The notes: generated by a model from the letters alone, not told the origin. Shown: positions 1 through 10,309, counted from the stretch's first letter. The stretch is 64,000 bases of DNA from Erysipelotrichaceae bacterium (GCA_017454765.1 JAFTCJ010000017.1:569-64568); one strand, 5' to 3'. Program-made: numbers and translations.

Positions 1-936
1 TTCTGCCACATGAGCCAGCTGGATGTTTCCCTGCTTTGCGTCGCCGATGACGAAGATGTTTTCGACATTCGTCTTTCCCTCTTCATCCGCAACGATGCCT
101 CTTCCTGTTTCCAAGGCAAAGTCCTCATCCACAAGACCGGATATATTTGCTCTTCGTCCGGTCGCGATCAGGACTTCATCCGCTTTGGCGATCTGTTCCT
201 CGCCCTTCTTGTCGGTATACTCGACGCTGTGATCCTCATTGATCTTTTTCACGGCAGCCGAACAGATGACTTCGATGCCTTTCTTCTTGAAAAACATGTT
301 CAGTCTGGTGCCCAGTTCCTTATCCAGTGTAGGTAAGAGACGGTCAGCCATCTCGATGACGGTGACCTTGACGCCGAAACCGCTGAGCGCATCAGCGATC
401 TCACAGCCGATGACACCGCCGCCGATGATGATCATCGAATCCTTCAGCTGATGATCTTTCTCCAGCACATCATCTGAAGTGATCGCGTATTCCTTTCCTT
501 CGATCGGCGGGATCGCCGGAATCGATCCGGCAGCGATGATGATGTGATCGCCTTCATAGATCTCGCCGTTACAGGAGACCTTGTCTTTATCAACGATCTT
601 CGCAAAACCGTTTACCACTTCTACCTTATTGGCTTTTAACGATTTCTCGATGCCGCCTCTTAAAGTTGAGACAACGTAGTCTCTTCTTTCCCTGACTTTG
701 TCATAATCAAGGTTTGCGTCCGGCGCAACGACACCGAAAAGTTCTCCGTCCTTTGCGTCTTTGTAGACATGGGCTGACTGGATCAGTGCCTTCATCGGGA
801 TACAGCCCCTGTTGAGGCAGGTACCGCCGATCTTGTCCTTTTCAAACAGGATCGTCTGTAAGCCGCTTCTTGCAGCCTTGTTGGCAGCAGTGTAACCGCC
901 CGGTCCGCCGCCGATGATCATCACATCATATCTCAT
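1..936 (-). CDS. lpdA: dihydrolipoyl dehydrogenase (E3 / L-protein), N-terminal part; C-terminus lies beyond the window start
   Basis: Not in the ORF track because it runs off the window. My reverse-complement translation from ATG at 934-936 gives MRYDVMIIGGGPGGYTAANKAARSGLQTILFEKDKIGGTCLNRGCIPMKALI. This shows the FAD-binding GGGPGG loop and a redox-active CxxxxC. The start overlaps the lplA stop by about 11 nt. Confidence 0.85.
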   Translation of the reverse strand, partial: MRYDVMIIGGGPGGYTAANKAARSGLQTILFEKDKIGGTCLNRGCIPMKALIQSAHVYKDAKDGELFGVVAPDANLDYDKVRERRDYVVSTLRGGIEKSLKANKVEVVNGFAKIVDKDKVSCNGEIYEGDHIIIAAGSIPAIPPIEGKEYAITSDDVLEKDHQLKDSMIIIGGGVIGCEIADALSGFGVKVTVIEMADRLLPTLDKELGTRLNMFFKKKGIEVICSAAVKKINEDHSVEYTDKKGEEQIAKADEVLIATGRRANISGLVDEDFALETGRGIVADEEGKTNVENIFVIGDAKQGNIQLAHVAE

Positions 937-1879
937 ATTCTTCCTCTTTCAAGATCCTGATCACATCTCCTGTCTCATCATCGGAGAGCATCAGTTCACT
1001 CAGTTTGGTTCCGATCAGTTTTTCTTCCAGATCTTTTGCAAGATCGTGATCCATCGCATCCGTGTAGATCTTCAGATCACTGATCCTGTCATCTTCAAGA
1101 TCATAGAGGATCCTGACCGTTCCCCAGTCAAAACGGGCTTCTTTCCGGAATTTCAGATTCACTGAAGGACCATAGATCCATTCTTCCGATGAAAAGAAAT
1201 CCCTTTCTTTCATTACCGCTGCTTCATCGACAGGACAAGCCTCCGCTTTATTCTGATACATCTCTTCAAAGGAAGCAATCAGCGCTTTTTGAAGCATATC
1301 CAGATTGAGATCTTCCTTCACCTGCTTCAGATTGATTACTCTGGAACGCACTGACTTCACTGCCTTGGAATGCAGCTTCGCCAGGGAAACGTACAGATAT
1401 CTCTCCAGTGCTTCTTCATCGACTTCCAGCATGATCGTTCCGTGATGGAAGCAATTCTCTTTTCCCCGGTAATAAGCATGTCCGGAGAACTTCCTGCCTT
1501 CGATCACCAGATCGTTCCTGCCGTTTTTCTCGGCATGGATGCCCAGATGATCCAGGGCATTCAGGATGATCTGATCCTGCCTGGAGATGTCAAAAAGATC
1601 TCTCTTACAGATAAAGGTGAAGTTCAGATTCCCTTTATCATGATAGACGGCGCCTCCGCCCGAAATCCTCCGGGCAAGGAAACCGCCGTCTGCAGATAAT
1701 GTTTCCGTTTTACATTCGCTGTAAGCGTCCTGGTTCTTTCCGATCACGACGGTCCTGTCGTTGCGCCACAGGTAGAGGATGACTTCGTCATCTTTTACCT
1801 GATCCAGCAGATATTTCTCCAGGGCCTGATTGTAATAGACATCGAAACGATCGGACGCTGCAGTGTAAAGTTTAATCAT
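926..1879 (-). CDS. lplA: lipoate-protein ligase A family
   Basis: ORF 926..1993. Preferred start is MIKLYT (ATG 1877-1879), overlapping the gcvPB stop (ATGATTAA). RRISGGGAVYHDKGNLNFTFI is typical of the LplA/LipB ligase fold. The gene sits inside the gcv operon. Confidence 0.85.
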   Translation of the reverse strand: MIKLYTAASDRFDVYYNQALEKYLLDQVKDDEVILYLWRNDRTVVIGKNQDAYSECKTETLSADGGFLARRISGGGAVYHDKGNLNFTFICKRDLFDISRQDQIILNALDHLGIHAEKNGRNDLVIEGRKFSGHAYYRGKENCFHHGTIMLEVDEEALERYLYVSLAKLHSKAVKSVRSRVINLKQVKEDLNLDMLQKALIASFEEMYQNKAEACPVDEAAVMKERDFFSSEEWIYGPSVNLKFRKEARFDWGTVRILYDLEDDRISDLKIYTDAMDHDLAKDLEEKLIGTKLSELMLSDDETGDVIRILKEEEYEI

Positions 1880-3308
1880 TAAATTCGTATTTGAGGACCG
1901 GTTCTCTGGCAGCCTTGACGTCATCGGGTCTGCCGATCGGGCAGTGATGCGGAGCGTTGTGCAGATATTCCGGATCACTGTGTGCTTTTTCATAGAGATC
2001 CAGATAGATCTTCACGGCTTCATCGATCGTCTCTCTGCTTTCGGTCTCGGCCGGTTCAAACATCAGAGCCTCATGTACGATCAGCGGGAAGTACATTGTA
2101 GGAGGATGGATGCCGTAATCCAGGGATCCCTTGGCGATATCCATGGCGGAAACACCGGTCTTCTTCTTGAGATCATCCAGTCCCAGTACGAATTCATGCA
2201 TGCAGATCTGATCATAAGCCACATGGTAATGATCCTTGAGCTGATGCATCATGTAGTTGGCGTTGAGTACCGCCTTGCCGGAAGCCTCAGGGATACCCTT
2301 CTTTCCTAACGTCAGGATGTAAGTCAGGGCCTTGACGACAACAAGGAAGTTGCCGTAGAAGCTTCTGACCTGACCCATCGATTTCTCCGGATCGGCAAAG
2401 TAATAGAACTCATCTCTTTCCTCGACCATATGGCAGGGCAGGAATTTCTTCAAGAAGTCCTTGCATCCGACAGGTCCGGAACCCGGACCGCCGCCGCCGT
2501 GAGGAGTCGCAAAGGTCTTGTGCAGATTCAGGTGGACACAGTCAAAGCCCATGTCACCCGGTCTGACTCTGCCCATGATCGCATTCAGGTTGGCTCCGTC
2601 GTAGTAACATAAGCCGCCTGCCTCATGGACGATCTTCGTGATCTCCAGGATGTTCGGGTCGAAAAGACCTAAGGTATTCGGATTCGTCAGCATCAGTCCG
2701 GCCGTGTCTTTGCCGACTGCAGCTCTCAAAGCATCGAGATCGACACCGCCCCTGTCATTGGAAGGAATGTTGACGACCTTGAAGCCGGCCATCGCTGCCG
2801 AAGCAGGGTTGGTGCCGTGTGCGGAATCCGGAACGATGATGTTGACACGTTCGCTGTCGTTTCTGTCCTGATGGTACTTTCTGATCAGCAGCAGGCCCGT
2901 GTACTCGCCATGGGCACCGGCTGCCGGTTCGAAGGTCATCGCATCCATGCCGGTGATCTCACATAAGAGCTTCTCGGCCTTGTATAAAACTTCCATGCAG
3001 CCCTGCACTGTGCTGAGCGGCTGCAGAGGATGGATCTGCGTGAAGGAAGGAAGGGATGCCGTCTCTTCATCGACACGCGGATTGTATTTCATCGTGCAGG
3101 AACCCAGCGGATAGAATCCGTCATTGACGCCGTGGGTCTGCTTCATCAGCTGTGTGTAGTGTCTGCCCAGATCGACTTCAGAGATCTCCGGCAGATGCAT
3201 CCTGCTCTGACGCAGATACTTTCCTTCAGGCTTGTAAGTTCCGGTCGTGATATCGGGAAGGATATCGCTTCCTCTTCCCTTGACACTTCTTTCAAATAAA
3301 AGCTTCAT
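1872..3308 (-). CDS. gcvPB: glycine dehydrogenase (aminomethyl-transferring) subunit 2
   Basis: 478 aa. Contains the PLP-region string HLNLHKTFATPHGGGGPG typical of P-protein subunit 2. Its start overlaps the gcvPA stop (TAATG). Confidence 0.93.
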   Translation of the reverse strand: MKLLFERSVKGRGSDILPDITTGTYKPEGKYLRQSRMHLPEISEVDLGRHYTQLMKQTHGVNDGFYPLGSCTMKYNPRVDEETASLPSFTQIHPLQPLSTVQGCMEVLYKAEKLLCEITGMDAMTFEPAAGAHGEYTGLLLIRKYHQDRNDSERVNIIVPDSAHGTNPASAAMAGFKVVNIPSNDRGGVDLDALRAAVGKDTAGLMLTNPNTLGLFDPNILEITKIVHEAGGLCYYDGANLNAIMGRVRPGDMGFDCVHLNLHKTFATPHGGGGPGSGPVGCKDFLKKFLPCHMVEERDEFYYFADPEKSMGQVRSFYGNFLVVVKALTYILTLGKKGIPEASGKAVLNANYMMHQLKDHYHVAYDQICMHEFVLGLDDLKKKTGVSAMDIAKGSLDYGIHPPTMYFPLIVHEALMFEPAETESRETIDEAVKIYLDLYEKAHSDPEYLHNAPHHCPIGRPDDVKAAREPVLKYEFND

Positions 3309-4615
3309 TACATCACCTCCCTGATCGCAGCGATCAGTTCATCGATCTTTTCTCTGGTATTGAGTTCGGTCGCACACCACAGGATCCCTTCTTTGACAGG
3401 CAGACCGGAAAGGATCTTCTTTTCAGCCAGTTTCTCTTCCAGAACAAACGGATCGACAGGAGAAGAGGTCAGGAACTCATCAAAGAATTCGCCTTCATCG
3501 GTTCTCCTGAATCCGAGCTCATTCAGTTTCTCTGCCAGATAGTGGGAATTGCTGTAGCAGCTTAAAGCCAGCTTTTCCATGCCTTTTGGACCCATGGCTG
3601 CCAGATAGACGGAAGCTGTCATGGCACATAAAGCCTCGTTAGAACAGATATTGCTGGAAGCTTTCTCACGACGGATGTGCTGCTCTCTGGCCTGCAGTGT
3701 CAGAACGAAAGCCCTCCTGCCCTCGTGGTCAGTCGTCTCACCGACGATCCTGCCCGGCAGTTTTCTCATCAGTTCTTTCTTGCAGCTCATGAAGCCCAGA
3801 TACGGACCGCCGAATCCCATCGGCAGACCCAGCTGCTGGCCTTCACCGACAGCGATATCGACATCCATCTCGCCCGGTGCTTTGTATAAAGCCAGGGATA
3901 CAGGATCGCATCCTTCGATGATCCTGGCTTTGTTTTCATGCATCAGTGCCGCAAAGGCTTCGATATCCTCGATAAGACCGTAAAAGTTAGGACTCTCGAT
4001 GTAAAGACCGGCGGTCCTTTCATTCAGATTCTTCTTCACTTCTTCGATGTCTGTGAGATGATCCTTGTTCTGTAATAAGGTGACCTTGACGCTTCTGCTT
4101 TCGCAGTACGTCCTGATGACAGCCAGCGTTTCCGGATCGATCGTATCGGAGACCAGGATCTCATCCTTGTTTCTCTCCAGCGTCATGAAGATCGCTTCCG
4201 CTGCTGCGACAGCACCGTCATAGACGCTCGCATTCGAGACATCCAGACCCGTCAGTTCACAGATCTGTGTCTGATATTCAAAAATGGACTGCAGGACACC
4301 CTGAGAGATCTCGGCCTGATACGGCGTATAAGCCGTCACGAACTCTTCCTTGGAAGTGATCGTCTTCACGATCGCCGGGATATGATGGGCATAGACACCG
4401 GCACCGCGGAAGATCGATCTGAATACCGTGTTATGATCGGCGATCTCCTTCATATCTTCCAGGACTTCCATTTCCGATTTGCCTTCGGGAATGTTCAGCC
4501 CTTTCAGTCTGACTTTCTCAGGGACCATGGAATAAAGGTCATCGATCGATGAATAACCGATGTCCTTTAACATGGCTTCCTGTTCACTGAGTGTTTCAGG
4601 AATATATCTGCCCAT
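3308..4615 (-). CDS. gcvPA: glycine dehydrogenase (aminomethyl-transferring) subunit 1
   Basis: ORF 3308..4705. Preferred start is MGRYIPETLSEQ (ATG 4613-4615), 2 nt after the gcvH stop. AYTPYQAEISQG is the conserved P-protein subunit 1 motif. Confidence 0.9.
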   Translation of the reverse strand: MGRYIPETLSEQEAMLKDIGYSSIDDLYSMVPEKVRLKGLNIPEGKSEMEVLEDMKEIADHNTVFRSIFRGAGVYAHHIPAIVKTITSKEEFVTAYTPYQAEISQGVLQSIFEYQTQICELTGLDVSNASVYDGAVAAAEAIFMTLERNKDEILVSDTIDPETLAVIRTYCESRSVKVTLLQNKDHLTDIEEVKKNLNERTAGLYIESPNFYGLIEDIEAFAALMHENKARIIEGCDPVSLALYKAPGEMDVDIAVGEGQQLGLPMGFGGPYLGFMSCKKELMRKLPGRIVGETTDHEGRRAFVLTLQAREQHIRREKASSNICSNEALCAMTASVYLAAMGPKGMEKLALSCYSNSHYLAEKLNELGFRRTDEGEFFDEFLTSSPVDPFVLEEKLAEKKILSGLPVKEGILWCATELNTREKIDELIAAIREVM

Positions 4616-4617
4616 GA

Positions 4618-4998
4618 CTAGGCCTCGTTTGCGCAGACTTCTTCGTATGCCTTTGCGTCCAGCAGCTCTTCGGTACCGGTAACATCGGCTACCTTGATCA
4701 GCCATGAACCGTAACAGTCGCTGTTGACTGAAGCCGGATCATCAACGATTGCTTCATTGACTTCGGCTACGACACCTGTGACCGGTGAGAAAACATCGCT
4801 GACTGCCTTGACAGACTCGACATCGGAGAAAGCCTCTCCGGCTGTGACAGGATCGCCGACACTCGGCAGATTGACGAATACGATATCGCCCAGTGCATCC
4901 TGTGCAAAGTCAGTCAGACCGACGACATAAAGACCGTCTTCCTCTTTGACCCATTCGTGTGTTTTTGTGTACTTCAGTTCTTCCGGATTTTTAAACAT
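4618..4998 (-). CDS. gcvH: glycine cleavage system H protein
   Basis: 126 aa. Contains the lipoyl-lysine motif ESVKAVSD and is the typical H-protein size. Confidence 0.93.
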   Translation of the reverse strand: MFKNPEELKYTKTHEWVKEEDGLYVVGLTDFAQDALGDIVFVNLPSVGDPVTAGEAFSDVESVKAVSDVFSPVTGVVAEVNEAIVDDPASVNSDCYGSWLIKVADVTGTEELLDAKAYEEVCANEA

Positions 4999-5018
4999 CT
5001 TTCATTTCCTCCTTGTGT

Positions 5019-6104
5019 TTATCTTTTCCTGCTGTAGAAAGGCATTTCAACGACTTCTGCCTTCAGTCTTCTTCCTCTGACATCGACCTCAACGACAGTG
5101 CCGATATCCGCATACTTTTTATCGATCAGCGCCATGGCGATCGAAGTCTTCAGTAACGGTGAGAAGGTCCCGCTGCTGGTATGGCCGATCTTCTCATCGC
5201 CGACATAGACATCCTGGTGTTCTCTCAGGACGCCCTTGTCTATGATCCTCAATCCGACACGGCAGATCTTCGGTTCGCCTTTTTCTTCCATGGCCTTCTT
5301 GCCGATGAACTCTTCCTTGTTCATCTTGACACCGAAATCAAGACCGGTCTCCAGCGGTGTGATGGTCTCATCCATCTCATGTCCGTACAAGGGCATGGAT
5401 GCTTCCAGTCTGAGCGTATCTCTGGCACCAAGTCCGCAGGGGATCAGACCGAATTCTTCGCCTGCTTCCAGGATCGTATTCCACAGCTTTTCAGCATTTT
5501 CGTTGGCCGTGTAGATCTCATAGCCTGCTTCACCGGTATAGCCCGTGTAAGAGATCAGGCAATTCATGCCGGCGATGTCGACATCTCTCTTGGCTGTGTA
5601 GTACTTCTCGGGAATATCCTCTTCCTTCATCAGCTTCAGCATGATGTCTCTTGCCTTGGGACCCTGTAAGGCAACCTGGGCAACGGAATCGGAGATATCC
5701 TCGATTTCCGTATCCGGAAGGATATTCTTCTTCATGTGCTCAAAGTCCTTGTGCCTGTTGGATGCATTGACGACGATATAGTAGTCTTCCTCACCGAACT
5801 TGTAGACCAGCAGATCATCAACGGTGCCGCCGTCTTCATAGCACATTACCGCATAACGGACCTTGCCTAAAGGCATGTTGGTGAAATCATTGGTCAGCAG
5901 GTGATTGAGGGAAGCGAGCGCTCCCTTGCCTTTGAATGTGATCTCGCCCATGTGCGACACATCAAACAGTCCGGCTTTCTCTCTGACCGCCATGTGTTCG
6001 GCGATCACGCCCTCATACTGCACAGGCAGCAGATAACCCGCAAACGGCACGATCCTGCCTCCCAGCTTTACGTGGGCATCATACAAAGGTGTCTTCAGTT
6101 CCAT
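5019..6104 (-). CDS. gcvT: aminomethyltransferase (glycine cleavage T protein)
   Basis: ORF 5019..6122. Preferred start is MELKTPLYD (ATG 6102-6104), preceded by [17 protein letters not shown] and HMGEITFKG are GcvT hallmarks. Confidence 0.92.
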   Translation of the reverse strand: MELKTPLYDAHVKLGGRIVPFAGYLLPVQYEGVIAEHMAVREKAGLFDVSHMGEITFKGKGALASLNHLLTNDFTNMPLGKVRYAVMCYEDGGTVDDLLVYKFGEEDYYIVVNASNRHKDFEHMKKNILPDTEIEDISDSVAQVALQGPKARDIMLKLMKEEDIPEKYYTAKRDVDIAGMNCLISYTGYTGEAGYEIYTANENAEKLWNTILEAGEEFGLIPCGLGARDTLRLEASMPLYGHEMDETITPLETGLDFGVKMNKEEFIGKKAMEEKGEPKICRVGLRIIDKGVLREHQDVYVGDEKIGHTSSGTFSPLLKTSIAMALIDKKYADIGTVVEVDVRGRRLKAEVVEMPFYSRKR

Positions 6105-6122
6105 TTTTCTCCTCCTTAACAA

Positions 6123-6295
6123 AAAGAAACGGCAAAAACTCCGTCTCTGTTTCTTAACCTGAAAGATTCTCCCTTATGAGGATTGCTTCTTCGGTGCATG
6201 TATATTGCTCTCCAGAGTCTGTCCAAGACCGGTCCTTTTACCTGAGAGTTTGCTCCCCTTCGGTGTTTCATCGATGAAATCTCTCCCGGCCTCTT
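6123..6295 (-). promoter_or_regulatory. tandem glycine riboswitch (two aptamers) plus short expression platform in the gcvT leader
   Basis: Minus-strand aptamer 1 reads GGGAGAG...ACACCGAAGGGGAGCAA..CTCAGGTAAAAGGAC. Aptamer 2 reads CTCTGGAGAGC...GCACCGAAGAAGCAA...TTTCAGG. A weak hairpin plus U-run (AGAAAC..CGG AGTTTTTG CCGTTTCTTTTTG) lies just before the gcvT RBS. An extended -10 (TGGTAAAAT) lies about 6316-6324. Confidence 0.8.
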
Positions 6296-6373
6296 CATCC
6301 AGTTCATCTGTCTTTATTTTACCATACGCATCCTGATCCCTATCACCCGAAATTCGCTTTTTCCGCTTCTTTT

Positions 6374-7027
6374 TCAGGAATCTTCCTGAATCAGTTCAAT
6401 GCCTTTGGCCAGATCGGGGATGACCCGGTAAGCTTTCTTCAGCGTTTCCTCTTCAATGATGCAGATATCGGGCACGACCACGCATCTGATGCCGGCATTG
6501 TATGCGGAAAGCAGTCCGTTCCTGCTGTCTTCAAAGACCAGCGCATCCTTTGCATCGACACCGAAATGTTCCAGCACCTTCAGATAGATCTGCGGGGAAG
6601 GCTTACTCTCGGATAGATCATTGCCGCAGATCATGTAATCGAAATAATCAGTTATCTTCACATCATCCAGCCTCTGCTGCGCCCGGTCCCGGTCGGTCGA
6701 AGTCGCAACAGCCATCAGGATCTTCTCTTTTTTCAGATAGTTCAGCAGTTTTCTTAATCCTTTTTTCACTTTGAACGGATGCTTTTCCAGATAAGCCTGA
6801 ACTTCTGCCCTCAGGTCTTTCTGATACGCCGGATAATCCAGATCGGGACAGCATTCGTGATAGATCTCTTCTGTCCTGATCCAGTTGACACCGATCGTTT
6901 CCATGACAAAATCACAGGATCTGATCCCGTATTTCTTCAGCACTCTTTCTGCACACTTCACATAGACTCTTTCCGAATCGATCATCAGACCGTCCATGTC
7001 GAAGATCACCAGTCTGATCCTGCTCAT
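6374..7027 (-). CDS. HAD-superfamily hydrolase (beta-phosphoglucomutase-like subfamily IA)
   Basis: LVIFDMDGLMIDSE (DxDG motif I) and FEDSRNG (motif IV region); 217 aa. Confidence 0.8.
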   Translation of the reverse strand: MSRIRLVIFDMDGLMIDSERVYVKCAERVLKKYGIRSCDFVMETIGVNWIRTEEIYHECCPDLDYPAYQKDLRAEVQAYLEKHPFKVKKGLRKLLNYLKKEKILMAVATSTDRDRAQQRLDDVKITDYFDYMICGNDLSESKPSPQIYLKVLEHFGVDAKDALVFEDSRNGLLSAYNAGIRCVVVPDICIIEEETLKKAYRVIPDLAKGIELIQEDS

Positions 7028-7507
7028 TCAGTCGATATGCCCCTTCAGCTGATAGGAATCTTCCGTATACTGCATGATCTCAAACCTGTTTCCGTCCGGA
7101 TCATGTAACCACATCTGCCAGGTCTCAGACGGTCCTTTGGAAGGCTGTGTATCCGGGATGAAACCTTTTTCTTCCAATTCTTTTTTCGTCTCAAAGATGT
7201 CATCGACCGTCAGGGAAAAATGAGAATATCCCAGTCTCCGATTCCATCCGACATCCTCTGTCTGATCCTCCTGTGCCGGGAAGAGCTCGATGAACTGTCC
7301 GTCTGCTATCTCAATGTAGACATTGAAGATCCCTTCCGGATCGCTTTCCGCTAGAGCCGCCATTTTCGGTCTGTCTGCCCTTCCTTTATATGACTTGTTT
7401 CTGACAACGATCTTTTTCCTGCAGCCGAGTCTGTTGCAGTAGAAATCGATCATCTCATCCATCTGTTTTGTGAAAAATGCGATATGCATCAGCTGATTGA
7501 ATTTCAT
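7028..7507 (-). CDS. VOC (glyoxalase/bleomycin-resistance/dioxygenase) family protein
   Basis: 159 aa with the beta-alpha-beta-beta-beta style signatures HIAFFT...FY and HFSLTVDD. Abuts the HAD gene with no gap. Confidence 0.65.
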   Translation of the reverse strand: MKFNQLMHIAFFTKQMDEMIDFYCNRLGCRKKIVVRNKSYKGRADRPKMAALAESDPEGIFNVYIEIADGQFIELFPAQEDQTEDVGWNRRLGYSHFSLTVDDIFETKKELEEKGFIPDTQPSKGPSETWQMWLHDPDGNRFEIMQYTEDSYQLKGHID

Positions 7508-7536
7508 GACTGTCCTCCGGATACCTTGATTATCCC

Positions 7537-7574
7537 AAAAAGAAAACTCTCTGACAAACGGATCTGTCAGAGAG
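7537..7574 (-). terminator. rho-independent terminator after the 7592..8218 gene
   Basis: Minus strand: CTCTCTGACA-GATCCGTT-TGTCAGAGAG (10-bp stem) followed by TTTTCTTTTT. Confidence 0.75.
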
Positions 7575-7591
7575 CTCTTTTACTTTTGTTT

Positions 7592-8218
7592 CTATTCTGT
7601 TTTTTCCTTGATCTCTTCGCCGATATCAGCGATCAGATTCTCATATTCCCTGGCCTTGTCTTCATCGCCCCTGTTGTGATACATGTCCGACAGCAGGGCA
7701 TAGAAAGCCATCTTGCCGTCTCCTTCAGCCTCATCGCACTGCTTCTGGATCTGATCCAGGTACTTGTACCCCTTCAGGATGTAGGTGTCATACATGACAT
7801 CGAGCGTTTCCTGATCGCGGATATTCAAATCCTTCAGTAGGTCATAGTAGACTCTTGTGTTTTCCTTGTCCTCTTCGGAAAGGAAATAATAGAAACCTCT
7901 CTTGTACAGAGCTTCCTTCTGCAGCTTGTTCATGCGCAGACCGTTGAAACTTTCAAAAGCCTTCCGGATCTGTTTTTTGTCTTCTTTCAGGAAGGCCTCG
8001 TTCAGCTTCAGGAAATTCAGATTGTAGATCGGGAACTGCTTCCTTGTCTCCGGTGCATCCACGAGTTCATCGAAAGCTGCGAAGTCTTTCTGTGCCAGCA
8101 GATCGGTGAGTTTTTCCAGCGTCTTGTTTCTCTTTTTCCGCTGATAAAACTGCAGACCGAAGTCGGCGACAAATACCACAGCGATCATAGCGATCATCAG
8201 TTTAGGATCCATATTCAT
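7592..8218 (-). CDS. hypothetical membrane-anchored protein (one N-terminal TM, helical repeat-like body)
   Basis: 208 aa. Has the N-terminal hydrophobic segment LMIAMIAVVFVADFGL followed by a charged helical sequence. I recognise no family. Confidence 0.55.
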   Translation of the reverse strand: MNMDPKLMIAMIAVVFVADFGLQFYQRKKRNKTLEKLTDLLAQKDFAAFDELVDAPETRKQFPIYNLNFLKLNEAFLKEDKKQIRKAFESFNGLRMNKLQKEALYKRGFYYFLSEEDKENTRVYYDLLKDLNIRDQETLDVMYDTYILKGYKYLDQIQKQCDEAEGDGKMAFYALLSDMYHNRGDEDKAREYENLIADIGEEIKEKTE

Positions 8219-8223
8219 TCCTT

Positions 8224-9414
8224 TCAGCCGATCCTGTATGATTCGGCATCGGGATTGAGAAGATCGCCGTCCGTTTCATGATCGAAGATCTTCCTTCCCT
8301 CTCTGTAAGTATACAGACAGTTGAAGTCTTTATCAATGACCGCAAAGTCCGCATCCTTTCCGACACGCAGAGAACCTTTACGATCCGCAAAGCCGTAGAC
8401 TTCGGCCGGGTTCAGTGATGCCATGACACAGGCCTTCTCCAGAGGAATGCCCATATTCTGAACCAGATTCTTCATACCGAATAAGACCGGTTTGGCACTG
8501 CCCGCCAGTCTGCCGGTATCGGTCAGGGAGAAACCTTCCTCGGTGATGTTGCAGACACCGAAGACACCGTTGTATCTTCCGGGTTTGAGACCGCCTAAAT
8601 GGACGTTATCGGAAATCATCATGATCTTATGGAAGGCGTCTTTTTTGACTCTCATGATGATCTCGATCATCTCGTTACGGACATGCAAGCCGTCACAGAT
8701 CAGTTCGTTGTAGACATCGTCGTTGAGCAATGCCGCACCCAGACCGCCCATATTGCGGTGATGCAGACCGGACATGACGTTGGCTGTGTGGGTGATGACT
8801 GTGATGCCGTCCCTGAAGGATTCCATCGCCTCTTCATAAGTCTGATTGGAATGAGCGAAGGCAACGCGCACACCGTTCTTGTTCAAGAGCCTGATCGCTT
8901 CCTTGCTTAAGGGAAGTTCCGGTGCCAGGGCCAGCAGTCTGAGCTGTCCTTCTCCGTCATCGATCATCTTCTGAATCGCGTCCAGGTCGATGTCGGGGTG
9001 ACCGGTATCGATACCTTTCTCACCAACTCTGTTGAGATAGGGTCCTTCGGAATGGATGCCCATGATCCTTGCGCCGTTGGGATCTTCTTTCATGACAGCC
9101 AGAACATTGGCGAAAGCACCGTCCTCGTCCGTCACCGTCGGGAAGATGGATGTCACGGCTGCTGAAGCAAGTGCCTTGACATAGCCTCTCACATGTCTGA
9201 CACCGTTTTCTTTTTCTCCGGGATCCCACCCTTTATATCCGTGGTTGTGCGTATCGAAAACACCCGGAATGATGACATTGTCTCCGTAATTCAGATCCGG
9301 TCTCATTTCCAGTCTTTCTTTTCTGATCACATCGCTGATCTTTCCGTCTTCAATATTCAGATAGCCGTCAATGATACCCTGTTCGGTAACGATATTCTTG
9401 CAATAGATGATCAT
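8224..9414 (-). CDS. amidohydrolase, N-acetylglucosamine-6-phosphate deacetylase-like
   Basis: ORF 8224..9465. Preferred start is MIIYCKN (ATG 9412-9414), overlapping the upstream stop (ATGA). It has the metal-binding PGVFDTHNHG motif and a C-terminal GSLRVGKDADFAVID string typical of NagA-type amidohydrolases. Confidence 0.7.
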   Translation of the reverse strand: MIIYCKNIVTEQGIIDGYLNIEDGKISDVIRKERLEMRPDLNYGDNVIIPGVFDTHNHGYKGWDPGEKENGVRHVRGYVKALASAAVTSIFPTVTDEDGAFANVLAVMKEDPNGARIMGIHSEGPYLNRVGEKGIDTGHPDIDLDAIQKMIDDGEGQLRLLALAPELPLSKEAIRLLNKNGVRVAFAHSNQTYEEAMESFRDGITVITHTANVMSGLHHRNMGGLGAALLNDDVYNELICDGLHVRNEMIEIIMRVKKDAFHKIMMISDNVHLGGLKPGRYNGVFGVCNITEEGFSLTDTGRLAGSAKPVLFGMKNLVQNMGIPLEKACVMASLNPAEVYGFADRKGSLRVGKDADFAVIDKDFNCLYTYREGRKIFDHETDGDLLNPDAESYRIG

Positions 9415-10220
9415 CTCGGCAGCTCCCTGTAGGTGATCAGCTCTACATTGTTTTCTTTGATCCATTTCATGACTTTTTCCGACATCATCATCTGCGCATC
9501 TTTCGCTCTTTCCAGCGACAGTGTTGTCAGTGTCAGCAATTCCGCATCCACATAGCCCGGGTGGCAGCAGAAGACGCTTCTCTCATTGCTCAAGAGTTCA
9601 TTGGCCACGGAGAAAAACTGTTCGACTGTGTCTTTGTTCAGCTGATCGGCCGGATCGAAGACCTTCTTCTGGGAAGCCATCGAGAACGAGAACAGCTTAT
9701 TGAGCGGGCCGTCCATGTTCAGCTTTCTCCAGATCTCGGAAGAATAAGGGATATCTTCTTCCACAGAGAGTTCGTGAATGACCTTTCTGTAGTTCTCGGA
9801 TGAAATGGAATGCTCATGGAGGTAGCCGGGTTTCGTGCCGGTGAGTTCGATAAATCTGTTGTACTGTGCCAGTATTTCAATCCTTACTTCTTCATAGGGG
9901 AAGAGTTCCGCTCTTCCTTCCTCTGTCTGCCATCTCTCATCTCTGGTTCTGACGCCGGAGCGGATGAACTGTCCTTCTTCATCGACCAGATGAGGGATGT
10001 CTTTGGGATCCGCACAGCTTGGTCCGGAGACCAGGTTGAAGTCGATGCCGAAGCACGCCTGAGGTCTGTCCTTCATGAAGGAAACCGCAAATTCCGCTGA
10101 AGGCATATTCGCAAACAGACCGGTGTTTCTTAAAACTCCTCTGTCGATCGCATCAACGATGCCTAAAGTGACGCCTCTGGTGAAACCGAAGTCGTCACCC
10201 TGAAACAAGATTTTTGTCAT
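9411..10220 (-). CDS. YdjC/ChbG-family carbohydrate deacetylase
   Basis: Preferred start is MTKILFQGDDFGFTRGV (ATG 10218-10220) with a GGAGAA RBS. The N-terminal DDFG motif and CHPGY are characteristic of the YdjC/ChbG family. Confidence 0.75.
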   Translation of the reverse strand: MTKILFQGDDFGFTRGVTLGIVDAIDRGVLRNTGLFANMPSAEFAVSFMKDRPQACFGIDFNLVSGPSCADPKDIPHLVDEEGQFIRSGVRTRDERWQTEEGRAELFPYEEVRIEILAQYNRFIELTGTKPGYLHEHSISSENYRKVIHELSVEEDIPYSSEIWRKLNMDGPLNKLFSFSMASQKKVFDPADQLNKDTVEQFFSVANELLSNERSVFCCHPGYVDAELLTLTTLSLERAKDAQMMMSEKVMKWIKENNVELITYRELPR

Positions 10221-10275
10221 ATTGTATTTCTCCTTCCACCCATACATTCAGGAAATTTTCCTGAACATATGGCTG

Positions 10276-10302
10276 AAAAAGGGGAAAGTTTCCTTTCCCC
10301 TT
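10276..10302 (-). terminator. rho-independent terminator after PTS IID
   Basis: Minus strand: GGGGAAAG-GAAA-CTTTCCCC (8-bp stem) followed by TTTTT. A second 8-bp hairpin (TTCAGGAA..TTCCTGAA) lies just downstream at about 10249-10267. Confidence 0.7.
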
Positions 10303-10309
10303 ATTGCTT

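Noticed and set aside
6116-6307. 63-aa minus-strand ORF upstream of gcvT
   Set aside because: It coincides with the tandem glycine riboswitch. The conserved RNA motifs explain the sequence better than coding does.
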